Positions 33,679-44,833 are shown, counted from the first letter of the stretch. The stretch is DNA of 64,000 nucleotides from Chamaesiphon sp. (GCA_965246715.1 CBDFFH010000022.1:96001-160000), one strand, 5' to 3'. The notes: generated by a model from the letters alone, not told the origin. Numbers and translations: made by a program.

Positions 33679-33720
33679 CAAAAAAGCAGCAACTTATCAT
33701 CGATAAGTTGCTGCTTTTTG
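33679..33720. terminator. intrinsic terminator-like hairpin
   Basis: AAAAAGCAGCAACTTATC-ATC-GATAAGTTGCTGCTTTTT, downstream of the 1032-aa gene. Confidence 0.8.
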
Positions 33721-33741
33721 CTAACAATAAATAACTAGTTA

Positions 33742-36700
33742 CTAGCTAGGATTGGTGCGGATCCATAATGGCGCAGAACGAGCCAGCATTAACCAGCTAC
33801 CAGTGCCAGTTACATAACCGATTTCGGTTAGATAACGCCGTTCGCTCTGGGCGATCGGTAATTCTAAATCCCATGCCGAATCATTACATTCAAACTCTTG
33901 AAAAGTTGTCGGTAACTCGACATTTGGATCGACATCAGTAACATCATAAAGACGCACTACCAACTTTTGACCGCCCTGTTCCCGCAATTGCCGTTTGAGC
34001 CGTACGGGGATTTCCCAATGCGTATAAGCTTGAGTTGGATTGGCAGAAACTAGGGTAATTTGACCTTCGCTATAAAGATTGCCAGAAAGTTCGCCACTGC
34101 GATCGACTGCTGCCGGATCTATCCCTGCGAAGAAAGATTGGAATGCTTGTCCGGCTCCGGCTGCTGCAGCTGCGCCACCAGCTAATGCCGCACCACCACC
34201 TGCTAAAGCGGCACCGCCCATCCCTTTGGCATCATCGAGAAAACCAGTAGATTTTTCGGTTAGCGTGTCAAAAAAGCCGCTTGGATCGGGCTTTTGATTG
34301 TCTTTTTCGATATCCCCTGTTTCTTCACCGAGTAAATCCGATAAACCAGCAAATGGATCGTCGTCTAAACTGTCGAAATCGATCGCTTCTAAATCGCGAT
34401 CGAAGGTATCCAGTTCGGGATTGCGTGATTCTAACTCTGAGATCTCTGATTTGTTGCCACCAAACAATGCGGCACCACCAGCGATCGTTGCGGCTCCAGC
34501 TGCGCCGACTGCGGCTCCACTACCTGTAAAGAAGTCCCCAGCTTTGTCGGTTAAATCGCCGAAGGGGTCACTATCAAGGTCGAAGTTGATGCCTTCAGGC
34601 ATTAAATCCGCAGCTTTGTCCTGGAGTTCGCCAGCTTTGTCTTTAACTGAGTCGAGCGGATTTGACAGATTGAATGGGTCTGGGTTGGCACTATCGCCTG
34701 GTTCTTCCAACCAGAGTCCTTCCGAGATATCTTCTGCTGTTTGACCGCCGAAGAAGTTGCTGACTGATTGACCCGCACCGCCTGCCAAGGCAGCACCCCC
34801 AGCGATCGCGGCACCGCCTGCAGCAGTAGCGGCTGCACCACCATCTTTAAAGAAGTCGCCAACTTTATCTAAAGGATTGTTTGAAGTACCCTCGGGGAGC
34901 AGATCGCCAATACCTTCAAATGAAGAAAAATCGACATTGCCGTCGGGAATTAGCTCTTCAGGCTGGCTTTGGATGCCACCAGCCAACAGATCCGCATCGT
35001 CGGGTGTTTCGAGGCTCAGATCGGCTGACTCTGGCTGGTCGTAACCGCCAAAGAGATTACCAACTGCGTTCCCAGCACCCCCAGCTAAGGCTGCGCCACC
35101 TGCTAGCGCTGCACCACCGAGTGCAGCGGCATTTGCACCACCATCGGCGATCGCATCGCCGACTTTATCCCGAACGCCATCTAATGGATTCTTGAGATCG
35201 AGATTTGGGAGGAGGTTAGAAGATTTATCCGTCAACCCTTCGAGTGGGTTGGAGAGGTCTGGAGTTGCGATTTCTGGCGGGTGCAGTTCGCCTACTGGCT
35301 CGTTCGCACGGTCGAACATGCCTTTACCGATTGCAGCTGCGGCTGCGGCTCCACCGGCGATCGCCGCTCCACCTGCGAGGTTGATATCGTTGGCTTTGTC
35401 TTTAACCGAATCGACTACGCCATTAAAATTAACGTTGGGGGTATTTAAATTGGGTCGTGGCGGTAAAGTACCGGACAGATCGCCCGATCGTAAGTCACCC
35501 GATCGCAGATCGTCTGCCGGCCGGAAGCCACCCAATCCTGAAGATAAGTCGCCAGATAAGTCGCCGGACAAACCATCACCTCGAGATGTCCGCGATGGTG
35601 GTGGTGGATACAGTGGTTTGAGTCCTGGTGGTTGTTCGGGAGTGGTTGTTACTGCCGATCGAGGTGGCTCTTCGGTGGGTTTCTTCCGTCCCAATAGCCA
35701 TAACAATCCACCGCCGATCGCCAATAAAGGTAAGATCCACCACGGGAATCCACCTTTTCCGGCGGTGGTAGTGGTGTTGGTCGTGGTCGTGGTCGTAGCA
35801 GCCGGTTCGCTACTGGGAGTAGTCGTTGGAATGGTTCCCGTAGTCTCGGTACCAGTAGTTCCAGTGGTGCTAGTTCCAGCTCCAGTGGTAGGAGGTGTGG
35901 TGCTAGTCGCTTCAGTTCCAGTGGTGGTAGTTGTTGTAGTGTTAGGCGTTGTGGCTACAGCTCCAGCCGCGATCGCTTCTTTGACTGCTGTTTGACCGGA
36001 GGTATCGCTGACATATCCGAGAAATGCCTTAGCGCCATCGCTAACTTTGCCGCCTTGATTTTTGTAGGCGTAAGCAAGCGGCTGAGAGAAGGGATATTTA
36101 GGATTGTCCGGTTGGGTGCTATGAAGCGTAACGGCTCTAATTCCGGGAATATTTTTGATTTGGTCGGCGGGTGCATACCCGATCCCATCCTCGCCTAATT
36201 TATCGACGACTGCTTGAGTAGAGTCTTCAGTCAGTTTTTGGGCATTACTCCCAGTTCTAAGCTTACCATTTTGAAATACTGGGTAATTAGCAAACGCACG
36301 CCGCGTATCACTAGTCTCAGGTCGATCGATCACTTTGATTTTGCCCTTAGCACCATTGGCACTAGGCAACTGCGACCAATCTGTTACTTCACCCCGATAA
36401 ATCTTGGCAAAATCTTTGAGGGTGAGATTGCCTTTATACGGGTTAGTGTCTTTGACAATAATCGCGATCTTGGATCTACCGATTGTCTTCGCCGCTAGAC
36501 CTTGAGCTTTTTCGGTTTTGGTAAGCGGACGGCCGATCCCTGCCAGATCGGCTTTGTTTGTTTCAACTGCTTTAATGCCGCTGTCGCTGCCCTGATACTG
36601 TGTCGGTATGGTGACATCAGCACCTGGAAATTGCTTTTGAAACCGCTCTTTGAGGCCTTGATTGACAGCTTGCATACTGCTAGAACCATCAATTTGCACT

Positions 36701-36840
36701 TTGGTGCCAGCAGCCACAGATGTAGGCAATGGGAAATTATCGGCAGCCGTTTGGGCGCTAGCATTGAGGCTAGTGCCGCCAGATGCTAATATCAGTGCTA
36801 GAGTTACGATCGAACTACTTTGCTGTTTCATTAATAACAA
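33742..36840 (-). CDS. PstS-like substrate-binding domain / TM / repetitive linker / DUF4912-like C-terminal domain
   Basis: Signal peptide, IDGSSSM and RPETSDTR; TM FPWWILPLL; C-terminal AYTHWEI..VRLYDVT..EIGY..LARS. Confidence 0.8.
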   Translation of the reverse strand: MLLMKQQSSSIVTLALILASGGTSLNASAQTAADNFPLPTSVAAGTKVQIDGSSSMQAVNQGLKERFQKQFPGADVTIPTQYQGSDSGIKAVETNKADLAGIGRPLTKTEKAQGLAAKTIGRSKIAIIVKDTNPYKGNLTLKDFAKIYRGEVTDWSQLPSANGAKGKIKVIDRPETSDTRRAFANYPVFQNGKLRTGSNAQKLTEDSTQAVVDKLGEDGIGYAPADQIKNIPGIRAVTLHSTQPDNPKYPFSQPLAYAYKNQGGKVSDGAKAFLGYVSDTSGQTAVKEAIAAGAVATTPNTTTTTTTGTEATSTTPPTTGAGTSTTGTTGTETTGTIPTTTPSSEPAATTTTTTNTTTTAGKGGFPWWILPLLAIGGGLLWLLGRKKPTEEPPRSAVTTTPEQPPGLKPLYPPPPSRTSRGDGLSGDLSGDLSSGLGGFRPADDLRSGDLRSGDLSGTLPPRPNLNTPNVNFNGVVDSVKDKANDINLAGGAAIAGGAAAAAAIGKGMFDRANEPVGELHPPEIATPDLSNPLEGLTDKSSNLLPNLDLKNPLDGVRDKVGDAIADGGANAAALGGAALAGGAALAGGAGNAVGNLFGGYDQPESADLSLETPDDADLLAGGIQSQPEELIPDGNVDFSSFEGIGDLLPEGTSNNPLDKVGDFFKDGGAAATAAGGAAIAGGAALAGGAGQSVSNFFGGQTAEDISEGLWLEEPGDSANPDPFNLSNPLDSVKDKAGELQDKAADLMPEGINFDLDSDPFGDLTDKAGDFFTGSGAAVGAAGAATIAGGAALFGGNKSEISELESRNPELDTFDRDLEAIDFDSLDDDPFAGLSDLLGEETGDIEKDNQKPDPSGFFDTLTEKSTGFLDDAKGMGGAALAGGGAALAGGAAAAAGAGQAFQSFFAGIDPAAVDRSGELSGNLYSEGQITLVSANPTQAYTHWEIPVRLKRQLREQGGQKLVVRLYDVTDVDPNVELPTTFQEFECNDSAWDLELPIAQSERRYLTEIGYVTGTGSWLMLARSAPLWIRTNPS

Positions 36841-37178
36841 CTAGTTTTGATGAGTATTGTAATTAACAATAGCTTAGATATCCGTTATCTGAATAGATAC
36901 CCAACAATCGACTAAGTAAAGCCGATGTATAGTAAATAACAGAAAATGAGCTAATGATGGACTTAGTTAGATCTAGACTAAACTGGCGGGCAAATCTAAA
37001 TTAATAATAATATTGATTTATCTAGATTTTAAACATATGTTTTTAGAAGTGCCGGACAGCAGTGTAGTTAAATCCTAACCGATCTTTGCAGCGCGATCGA
37101 TTTAAATGTTACATTTCCGTTAAGATACGATCGAATAATAAACATTTCTGTGCCTTTGATTACTAAGCTATTAGTTAA

Positions 37179-39125
37179 ATGAGCGATACCCGCCGGAAAT
37201 CACAGCAATTTGGAGTGCGATCGACACGATCGGCAAGCGATTTCCGAAAACAGCGGCAATCAGCGCTTCGAGATCGATCGACCGATCGCGCTCTGGTGAA
37301 GCATCGGTTAATTACCATCTGGATCGTTTTGGGGTTAGGGGCGCTGGGTTTGGTCGCGAGACTGATCTGGTTGCAAGTCATTGATGCACCAAACTTACAG
37401 CAACGAGCGCGCATGCAACAGAGTACGATCGAGCGACCCTTTGTCCCTCGCCGGACGATCGTCGATCGATCTGGCAATCAACTGGCGATCGATCGGCCCA
37501 GTTATACGCTCTATGCTCATCCCATCCAATTTAGCGAATTAGAGCGCATCAAACGTCCGGGCAAAAAAACTGAAACTAAAATCAAGAAAGTATTGCCAAC
37601 AGATCTGGCTGGGCGACTAGCACCCATCTTGGGTGTCGAGCCAGCTACCTTAATCGCCAAATTTCAACATCAGCAAACGGGAGTTGCGCTAGGTAAGGGG
37701 CTGCGGGAAGATATCGCCAGTCGGATTCGTGCCTTAAAAGTCGATGGTCTGGAGCTGAGCCAAGGTGAGAGCGACTACACCCGCCTTTATCCCCAAGATA
37801 ATATGGCAGCGGAGGTATTGGGCTATCTCGATGGCGAGCGAATTGCCAGAGCTGGAGTAGAATATAGCCAATCGCTGCTATTAAAACGTAAAGTTAGGGA
37901 ATTTAAGCTGACACAGACCGCCAAGGGTGCAATTTTACCCGATGGTGTCACGCCAGATTTTTTACATACCGACGACCTCAATCTCAAGCTGACGATCGAT
38001 CTCCGCCTCCAACGCGCTGCCAGACAAGCTCTCCGTCTCAAAATGGACGAATGGCACGCCCAAAGAGGTACGGTCATCATTATGGAAGCAGAGACAGGTG
38101 CGATCCGTTCGCTAGTGGTCGAACCCACCTACGATCCCAATAATGTCGCTAAATCTCTCGCACGATATGCCAAGCTCGTCGGATCGGAAAAGTCGCTGAG
38201 TTTGCTACAGAATTGGGCGGTCTGGGATATTTACGAACCTGGATCGACCTTCAAGCCGATCGCCGTTGCGATCGCCTTAGAAAATGGGATGATCGAGCCA
38301 ACGAGCACATTTTATGATGGCGGTCTGATTGTGGTCAACCACAAGCCGATTCGCAATGCCGATCTCAATCAAAATGGTCTAATCGATGTCGCCCAAGTCT
38401 TACAACGTTCCAGCAACGTAGGGATGGTCAAAATGATGCAACGGTTGAAGCCAGATATTTTTTATAATTGGTTGCAGCGCATCGGGCTAGGCCAAAAATC
38501 CGGCATCGATCTTCCCTCAGAATCCCGAGGCTCGCTTGTCAGTCGCAAAGAGTTCGTGCGCGACCCGATTTATCCGGCGAATACTGCTTTCGGACAGGGG
38601 ATTTCGATTACCCCAATTCAACTGACAACCCTAATCGGTAGTCTTGCCAATGGGGGTAAATTAGTCACGCCTTATGTGGTTGACGGATTGTATGATAGTG
38701 CGGGAGTACGCACAGACAAACCGACCCATCCCGAACCCAGTCAAATTTTTACGCCAAAGATCGCCAAAACTGTCCTCGAAATGATGGAAACTGTTGTTAC
38801 CAGAGGTTCTGGAGACAAAGCCCAAATTCCAGGTTATCGGATTGCTGGCAAAACCGGAACCTCTCAGAAAGCGATTAAAGGTGGCTATGGTAAGGAAAAA
38901 ATCACCAGTTTTGTTGGTATTTTACCTGTAGATGCAGAACATCATTATGTGGTGTTGGCTGCTGTAGACGAACCCAAAAAGCCTGGTGACAGAGCTTTTG
39001 GGAGTAATGTTGCCGCACCAATTGTCAAGTCCGTCATGGAAGCGTTAATCTCGATCGATGGCATCGCCCCTAGTACGCCGAGTAACCCATTTATTTCAGG
39101 CGAAGTCAACCTCGATCTTGAATAA
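37179..39125 (+). CDS. ftsI: class B penicillin-binding protein (FtsI-like)
   Basis: YEPGSTFK, SSN, KTGT; N-terminal TM and RR.IVDR. Confidence 0.85.
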   Translation: MSDTRRKSQQFGVRSTRSASDFRKQRQSALRDRSTDRALVKHRLITIWIVLGLGALGLVARLIWLQVIDAPNLQQRARMQQSTIERPFVPRRTIVDRSGNQLAIDRPSYTLYAHPIQFSELERIKRPGKKTETKIKKVLPTDLAGRLAPILGVEPATLIAKFQHQQTGVALGKGLREDIASRIRALKVDGLELSQGESDYTRLYPQDNMAAEVLGYLDGERIARAGVEYSQSLLLKRKVREFKLTQTAKGAILPDGVTPDFLHTDDLNLKLTIDLRLQRAARQALRLKMDEWHAQRGTVIIMEAETGAIRSLVVEPTYDPNNVAKSLARYAKLVGSEKSLSLLQNWAVWDIYEPGSTFKPIAVAIALENGMIEPTSTFYDGGLIVVNHKPIRNADLNQNGLIDVAQVLQRSSNVGMVKMMQRLKPDIFYNWLQRIGLGQKSGIDLPSESRGSLVSRKEFVRDPIYPANTAFGQGISITPIQLTTLIGSLANGGKLVTPYVVDGLYDSAGVRTDKPTHPEPSQIFTPKIAKTVLEMMETVVTRGSGDKAQIPGYRIAGKTGTSQKAIKGGYGKEKITSFVGILPVDAEHHYVVLAAVDEPKKPGDRAFGSNVAAPIVKSVMEALISIDGIAPSTPSNPFISGEVNLDLE

Positions 39126-39207
39126 ATTCTGGTGGTGCTGAAATTAGGGTGAAAGGGGAAAGCTCGGAGGGCGATCGATGCCTACCCTCCAGATCTGCAC
39201 CGCTGCA

Positions 39208-40092
39208 CTAATACCCAATATCCAGTGTCACAGCAGCTTCTACTTGCTGTTCCCCACCAACGATCGGTGTAGTGGATTGGGCATCGGCCATCTTAGTAAA
39301 TGTACCTTGACTTACCATTGGGAGTGGCATAGGAGTGGAGTTGCTATTAATTTGAATGCCGATGACTTCTTTACGTTTCAGATTGAGAGTTTCTAGCACT
39401 GCATCGGCTTGACGTTGAGCATCTTGAGTAGCTTGTTTGAGTGCTTGAATTTGGGCATTAGCGATCGCGCGATCTGCTGCGACGAAGCTGACACTATCGA
39501 TCCGCGTCGCGCCACTTTTGACAGCAGCATCCAGGATCGCACCCGCTCGATCGGTTGTCACCCGAAAACTAATGCTATTGGTGGCGGTATAGCCAGTAAT
39601 TTGTGGCGTACCCTTGGGGGGATAAATATAGGTGGGATTGAGATTGATACCTGTTGTTTGCAGTTTTTCAACCTGTTGGGTTTTTAAATACTCCACCACC
39701 CGCGACGAGCGCTTAGCCGCTTCTTGCTGAGCGTTCGTCGGCGTTTTTGCTTGAACTTCGATCGCCAGGCGGACTAGACTGAGTGTTGTCGGAATGGAAA
39801 CGATCCCTCGGCCGCTAGCTGTCAGCGTCCGTGCTGGCTTGCGCTCTTGGGCGATCGCGGGAGCTATGCCAGCCAGGACGATCCAACCAGTTACCAATAA
39901 GATTGCCAAAGCTGGTTGGCGATCGGTGCGAGCCACAGCCGCCTGTCGGAGGTGTGCTCCAGAGGCTGTCAGTGCCAATGAGTCGAACCAATTGGAAATA
40001 GCTAAATACTGTTGAGAAGCGCTCCGCTTGCGTTGCTGCATGTCGAGCCAGATCTTATGAATTCTAGTCATTTGCGAAACTTTAGTTACCAC
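39208..40092 (-). CDS. SIMPL (DUF541) domain protein
   Basis: RTLTASGRG, GYTATNSI, GEQQVEAAV; the true start is probably downstream. Confidence 0.85.
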   Translation of the reverse strand: MVTKVSQMTRIHKIWLDMQQRKRSASQQYLAISNWFDSLALTASGAHLRQAAVARTDRQPALAILLVTGWIVLAGIAPAIAQERKPARTLTASGRGIVSIPTTLSLVRLAIEVQAKTPTNAQQEAAKRSSRVVEYLKTQQVEKLQTTGINLNPTYIYPPKGTPQITGYTATNSISFRVTTDRAGAILDAAVKSGATRIDSVSFVAADRAIANAQIQALKQATQDAQRQADAVLETLNLKRKEVIGIQINSNSTPMPLPMVSQGTFTKMADAQSTTPIVGGEQQVEAAVTLDIGY

Positions 40093-40494
40093 TTATCATT
40101 ACTAGTCTTGACTGCGGGCGATCTCAACATGTTTCCAATCTTCACCAATAATGTGTAGCTAACAACTCGATTGCGATCGAGTGAGAATTTTTCCGTACGG
40201 CGCTTCTACCTTGTCTGACACCGATCGAATTAGTGTTTAGATCGCCATTCTCTTGGGCATATTAAATACAGGAGACAGATAATCTGTCTCCGTAAAAATT
40301 TACGTGTATTTCTGCCTTCCTAAAGACAGCGTTCAGACGCAACTGTCGAGCGTCTCACCACCCATTCAGCCAGATAAAAGCGTTCTCCTCTCTATGCTTC
40401 CACCCACAGTAAGTGAATGTTGGCAAGCGCCATCGAGCATCATCATGCCCAAATGTGCGCTCTCGATCGGATTAGTTAAAATATATCTATACCA

Positions 40495-41586
40495 ATGATG
40501 ACTAGAGTTGTTGAAGCATTAAAAGATATCATCCAACAAGAACTATCGGGACAGTTGATTGTAAGAGACTCCCTTGATGCTTCACTGGCTTGGGAAGCTT
40601 ACTTTGGCAATGGTAAGATCCATTTTGCAACTAGTACATTAGGCCAAAGAGAGCGGTTAATTTACTTAACAAAACATCATCATCCTGACTTTAAATTAAG
40701 CGAATTTACTATCGGTCAATCTGATTATCAATTTATCTGTCATCAGTGGCAATCGGGTAAATTATCGCTTCAAGAAGTTCGTCAATTAGCTTTTACGAGT
40801 ACGCAAGAAGCTTTCGTCCATATTATGGCGATTGGCAATGCTGAGATGGAATTCAATCTCGATGCTAACTTAGATGTGCTGATTTTATCAGCTTCAGCTC
40901 AACAAATAATTAACCCAGTTAAAAAGCTGATCTGGAAATGGCAAAAAATTCGCCCGCATGTCACATCACCATTGGTGAGAGTATATCTATCTAATATTGA
41001 TAGTTTGTATCAGCTCTTATGGCAACAGTTACAAAGCACTAAGGCGATCGAGTCTTACCAAGCCGCACTCACCCAAAATCTCTGCTTATATAGTACGGCA
41101 AGTCAATTAAATATCGATGTTCAACGGCTGAGCGAGATGTTACTACCATTGATCCAAAACCGCAGTGCTCAGATTTCTAGTTATGGTAGCAAACAAGATG
41201 AAGTCCGCCCGTTAATTGCCTGTATCGATGACAGTCAGACGATCCAAAATAGCGTTAGGCTAACTTTGGAATCGCAAGGATATGAAGTAATCAGTTTCCT
41301 AAAACCCGCTCAGGCGATGACTAAACTGATCCGCAGACATCCGATGCTGATTTTGATGGACATTAACATGCCAGAAATTAATGGCTATGAACTTTGCCAA
41401 CTGCTGCGCCGCTCGCCAAATTTCAAACATACACCAATTATTATGGTCAGCAGTCGCGACGGTTTTTTCGATCGACTCAAATCAAAAATGATTGGTGCTA
41501 ATGACTATATTAATAAGCCGTTTACGCCAACAGAGTTAATTAACTTGGTAAATAAATATGTTTCTCAAGCCTTAGTAAATATCTAA
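40495..41586 (+). CDS. PatA-like response regulator (PATAN/DUF4388 + receiver)
   Basis: N-terminal SGQL..WEAYFGNGKIHFA; receiver CIDDS, LMDINMP, KPF. Confidence 0.88.
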   Translation: MMTRVVEALKDIIQQELSGQLIVRDSLDASLAWEAYFGNGKIHFATSTLGQRERLIYLTKHHHPDFKLSEFTIGQSDYQFICHQWQSGKLSLQEVRQLAFTSTQEAFVHIMAIGNAEMEFNLDANLDVLILSASAQQIINPVKKLIWKWQKIRPHVTSPLVRVYLSNIDSLYQLLWQQLQSTKAIESYQAALTQNLCLYSTASQLNIDVQRLSEMLLPLIQNRSAQISSYGSKQDEVRPLIACIDDSQTIQNSVRLTLESQGYEVISFLKPAQAMTKLIRRHPMLILMDINMPEINGYELCQLLRRSPNFKHTPIIMVSSRDGFFDRLKSKMIGANDYINKPFTPTELINLVNKYVSQALVNI

Positions 41587-41693
41587 TCATAATTCAGAGA
41601 TCGGTTGAATCGATCGCTCTGGTTTAAAATAGACATTGACCTCTCTAACTTCGGAACTAATTTTAAAAGAAGTTTGGACTTCACCAAACGGTG

Positions 41694-42620
41694 CTAAGTA
41701 CTCAAGCATTGCTCGATCGTCGCAACGACAGATCTCCCCAAGGAATCAAAATCGTATCCACCTTCTAATCCAAATACAATCTTCCGTGTTAATTGCAAAC
41801 AATAATCGGTAAAGATGCCAAAGTCTTCCGGTTGCAAACAGATATTCGCTAACGGATCGTCATAATTTGCATCGTACCCTGCGCTGACGATTAATAAATC
41901 GGGATCGAACGCTTGCAAGAACGGCATGACTTTCGATTCAAATAACGGGCGATATTCTGCGATCGTACTTCCAGCAGTCATCGGTAAATTCAGAATATTC
42001 TCATATTCGCCAGTATCTTCGGCGCGTCCCGTCCCTGGATAATGGGGAAACTCATGTAGCGAACAGTAGGCAATCTGGGGATTTTTCGCGATTATTTCCT
42101 GGGTGCCATTACCATGATGGACATCCCAATCGAGGATCGCTACCCGTGTCGCACCATGTGCGAGGGCATATCTAGCCGCAATCGCCGCATTACTAAAGAT
42201 ACAAAACCCCATCCCCCCATACGTATCCGCATGGTGCCCTGGCGGACGTGCCAAGACAAATGCGGGTTCGCCTGTCGCCATCACTGTTTCTACCCCATCG
42301 AGCCAAGCATTGACGGCGAGTAAGGCAACATCGTAAGTTTGCGGTGAGACAAGAGTATCGGGATCGATCGAGCCACCACCATTTGTCGCGATCGTGCGGA
42401 CTTCTTCGATATACTTAAGATCGTGAATCTTGGCGATCCAAGCTAGTGGATCTCTGGCTGTGACTGGAGTTGGCGATCGCCAATCGAGCCGATTCGCCCA
42501 TCCAGACTTGGTTAATGCCGATTTTATCGCAGTCAAGCGTTCGGGCTTTTCGGGATGAAATACACCCGTTTGATGCCGGAGAAAATCATCCGAATAAATA
42601 ACTGGAAACGAACTTATCAT
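41694..42620 (-). CDS. histone deacetylase-family protein
   Basis: HPEKPERL, RPPGHHA, DWDVHHGNGTQ, LEGGY. Confidence 0.95.
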   Translation of the reverse strand: MISSFPVIYSDDFLRHQTGVFHPEKPERLTAIKSALTKSGWANRLDWRSPTPVTARDPLAWIAKIHDLKYIEEVRTIATNGGGSIDPDTLVSPQTYDVALLAVNAWLDGVETVMATGEPAFVLARPPGHHADTYGGMGFCIFSNAAIAARYALAHGATRVAILDWDVHHGNGTQEIIAKNPQIAYCSLHEFPHYPGTGRAEDTGEYENILNLPMTAGSTIAEYRPLFESKVMPFLQAFDPDLLIVSAGYDANYDDPLANICLQPEDFGIFTDYCLQLTRKIVFGLEGGYDFDSLGRSVVATIEQCLST

Positions 42621-42731
42621 TTAAATTTTTTTTCAATTAGTCACAGCGCGATATTCGATCGATTTTCTTTGCTTCGAGCTACCCTTAGTTTAAAAGATTA
42701 GGGCGCGCTAAATCCAGCAACATCAATATTA

Positions 42732-44123
42732 GTGAGTTTGCCAGTGAAAATAGCTAACTTATTTACCAGCCTAAATAATCCGATTTTCCGACAGTTGTAT
42801 GCAGCGCAAACAATTAGTCTCTTGGGTGATGCCCTAACTTGGCTGGGTTTGGCATTATTAGCATTTGAATTAGCGGGGAAATCTTCGCCGATAGTCCTTG
42901 CCACTGCATTGACGTTACGGGTGCTCACATTTGTCGTCCTTTCCCCCTTCGCGGGGGTAATTGCGGACAGATTCGATCGCAAGCCGATCCTGATGTTGAC
43001 GCATTTAGGGCGGATGTTGCTAGTTTGTTTGCTGCCTTGGGTAAGCCAAGTGTGGCAGCTGTACGTGCTAGTGTTGGGATTAAATATTTTTAATGCCTTT
43101 TTCACTCCCACTTATCAAGCAACGATTCCATTGGTAATGGGTAAAACAGATTATCCAGCAGCGATCGGGTTATCTAGTACCACATATCAGATTTTGGGCG
43201 TATTTGGGCCGGGGATGGCTGGAGTACTAGCCTTATTTATCGGTGCTAGAGAGCTATTTTTCTGGGATGGTGCGAGCTTTCTGATTGCAGCGCTCCTGAT
43301 TGCGCTGCTCCCTGGCACTTTACGTGTAGATCGGACAGCTGAAGATGATTCGGTAGGAAGGAGCTGGACGGATGTTCGAGCTGGAACGGTAAGATCGTGG
43401 ACGGATGCGCCGATTCGGTATGGTTTGGTAATGCAATTGGTAGCAGCGATCGCTGGTGCTCAGATTTTAGTCAATACTGTCGGCTACGTGCAAGGTACGC
43501 TACATCAGACAGCGGCAGAATACGGTTGGGTGATGATGGGTTTCGGTTTGGGGGCTACCTGTGGCACACTTGCCCTCGGTACTTATCCCCAATTTCGATC
43601 GAAAATCGCGACTCTCCTCGGTGGTGGCTTGCTGATTACGTTGGCATTGCTCCCCGCCAACTACATCGGTTTGGTACCTTTGATTTTACTCTGGTCGATC
43701 GCCGGATTCGGGCAAAGTTTAATTAACCTATCGCTGCAGACGTTAATTGCCGATCGAACCCCGACAGACCTCCAGGGGCGTGTTTACGGAGCGCATTTTG
43801 CGTGGAGTCATTTGTGGTGGGCGGGAGCTTATCCGTTGGCTGGCTGGCTGGGTAGCACCTTTACAGGACAAACTTTTCTATATGGTGGGTTAGTCGGATT
43901 GGCGTTACTCGCGATCGGGCATTTTTTATTGACACCCGATCGATTCGCTCACACTCATGCAGACTTCTGGCATGTTCATCCGCATCACCATCACACCGAC
44001 CATCATCACGAACATCTAACGGATATCGATCCTCAGGAAGGCTCGCATCAACATTCACATTTGCATTCACAGTTCAGTCACGTCCATCCTTACACGGATA
44101 TGAGTCACGAACATCAACCCTAA
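42732..44123 (+). CDS. MFS transporter with His-rich tail (NreB/NrsD-like)
   Basis: About 12 TM segments, GVIADRFDRK, C-terminal His-rich stretch. Confidence 0.85.
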   Translation: MSLPVKIANLFTSLNNPIFRQLYAAQTISLLGDALTWLGLALLAFELAGKSSPIVLATALTLRVLTFVVLSPFAGVIADRFDRKPILMLTHLGRMLLVCLLPWVSQVWQLYVLVLGLNIFNAFFTPTYQATIPLVMGKTDYPAAIGLSSTTYQILGVFGPGMAGVLALFIGARELFFWDGASFLIAALLIALLPGTLRVDRTAEDDSVGRSWTDVRAGTVRSWTDAPIRYGLVMQLVAAIAGAQILVNTVGYVQGTLHQTAAEYGWVMMGFGLGATCGTLALGTYPQFRSKIATLLGGGLLITLALLPANYIGLVPLILLWSIAGFGQSLINLSLQTLIADRTPTDLQGRVYGAHFAWSHLWWAGAYPLAGWLGSTFTGQTFLYGGLVGLALLAIGHFLLTPDRFAHTHADFWHVHPHHHHTDHHHEHLTDIDPQEGSHQHSHLHSQFSHVHPYTDMSHEHQP

Positions 44124-44377
44124 TAAAAAAACTATCTGTCGAAGCTGTTGTCAATTCTGTAGTAATTGAATCGATCGCGATATATTCAGCTTTAATTAAA
44201 GATAATAAATCGCTCGTTACCAAGCCACTGAATCGAGATCGGCAAAACAATGATATTAGTAAAAAATACAATCGTTTGGTACTATATATGTGAAACATCC
44301 CAACTCGATCGCGAGTTCGGCAAATATCAAAAGATAAATATTCCAGTACCACAACTGGAAGATCGGCTAACGTCTGG

Positions 44378-44647
44378 CTATTCGATCGCAACCCCAAATC
44401 GCGCTGCTAAATCGGTATAACCGCCCACCCGTTCGGCACCAAAGAAAACTTGTGGCGTAGTTGCAACTTGGTATTTTGCCTTAAATTCATCTACTTCAGC
44501 TCGCGATCGTAATTTAAGATCTTCAAATGGGATATGGTTGTCTTGCAGCAATTTTACCGCTCGCAATCCCCAGGGACACTCATGCTCGGGCGTGGATATG
44601 CGGTAGACTTTAATCTGTTGTTGACGAGCTAAATCGATTGCGTTCAT
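44378..44647 (-). CDS. glutaredoxin-like protein, possibly a truncated Grx-MauE fusion
   Basis: ECPWG, TTPQVF, GGYTDL. Confidence 0.75.
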   Translation of the reverse strand: MNAIDLARQQQIKVYRISTPEHECPWGLRAVKLLQDNHIPFEDLKLRSRAEVDEFKAKYQVATTPQVFFGAERVGGYTDLAARFGVAIE

Positions 44648-44740
44648 CGGATACCTCTGCGGAAAATATAAATAATATTCCTAATAATATCTATTATCAT
44701 ATAATCAGATAAAAGCAGGTGAAATAGCTAAAAAATAAAA

Positions 44741-44773
44741 TTTCATCTGGTTTTCACATTACGGCGCTATGCT
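44741..44773 (+). promoter_or_regulatory. CopR-type direct repeat plus -10 box
   Basis: TTTCAT-N5-TTTCAC (44741-44757) and TATGCT (44768-44773) upstream of the DUF305 gene. Confidence 0.65.
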
Positions 44774-44833
44774 AAAGAATATTCCTCAGTTAGAGATTAC
44801 CCCGATCGGAAATACCTCGATCTTCCCAACCTT

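Noticed and set aside
34079..36844. Long plus-strand ORFs opposite the 1032-aa gene
   Set aside because: Antisense shadows of low-complexity coding sequence
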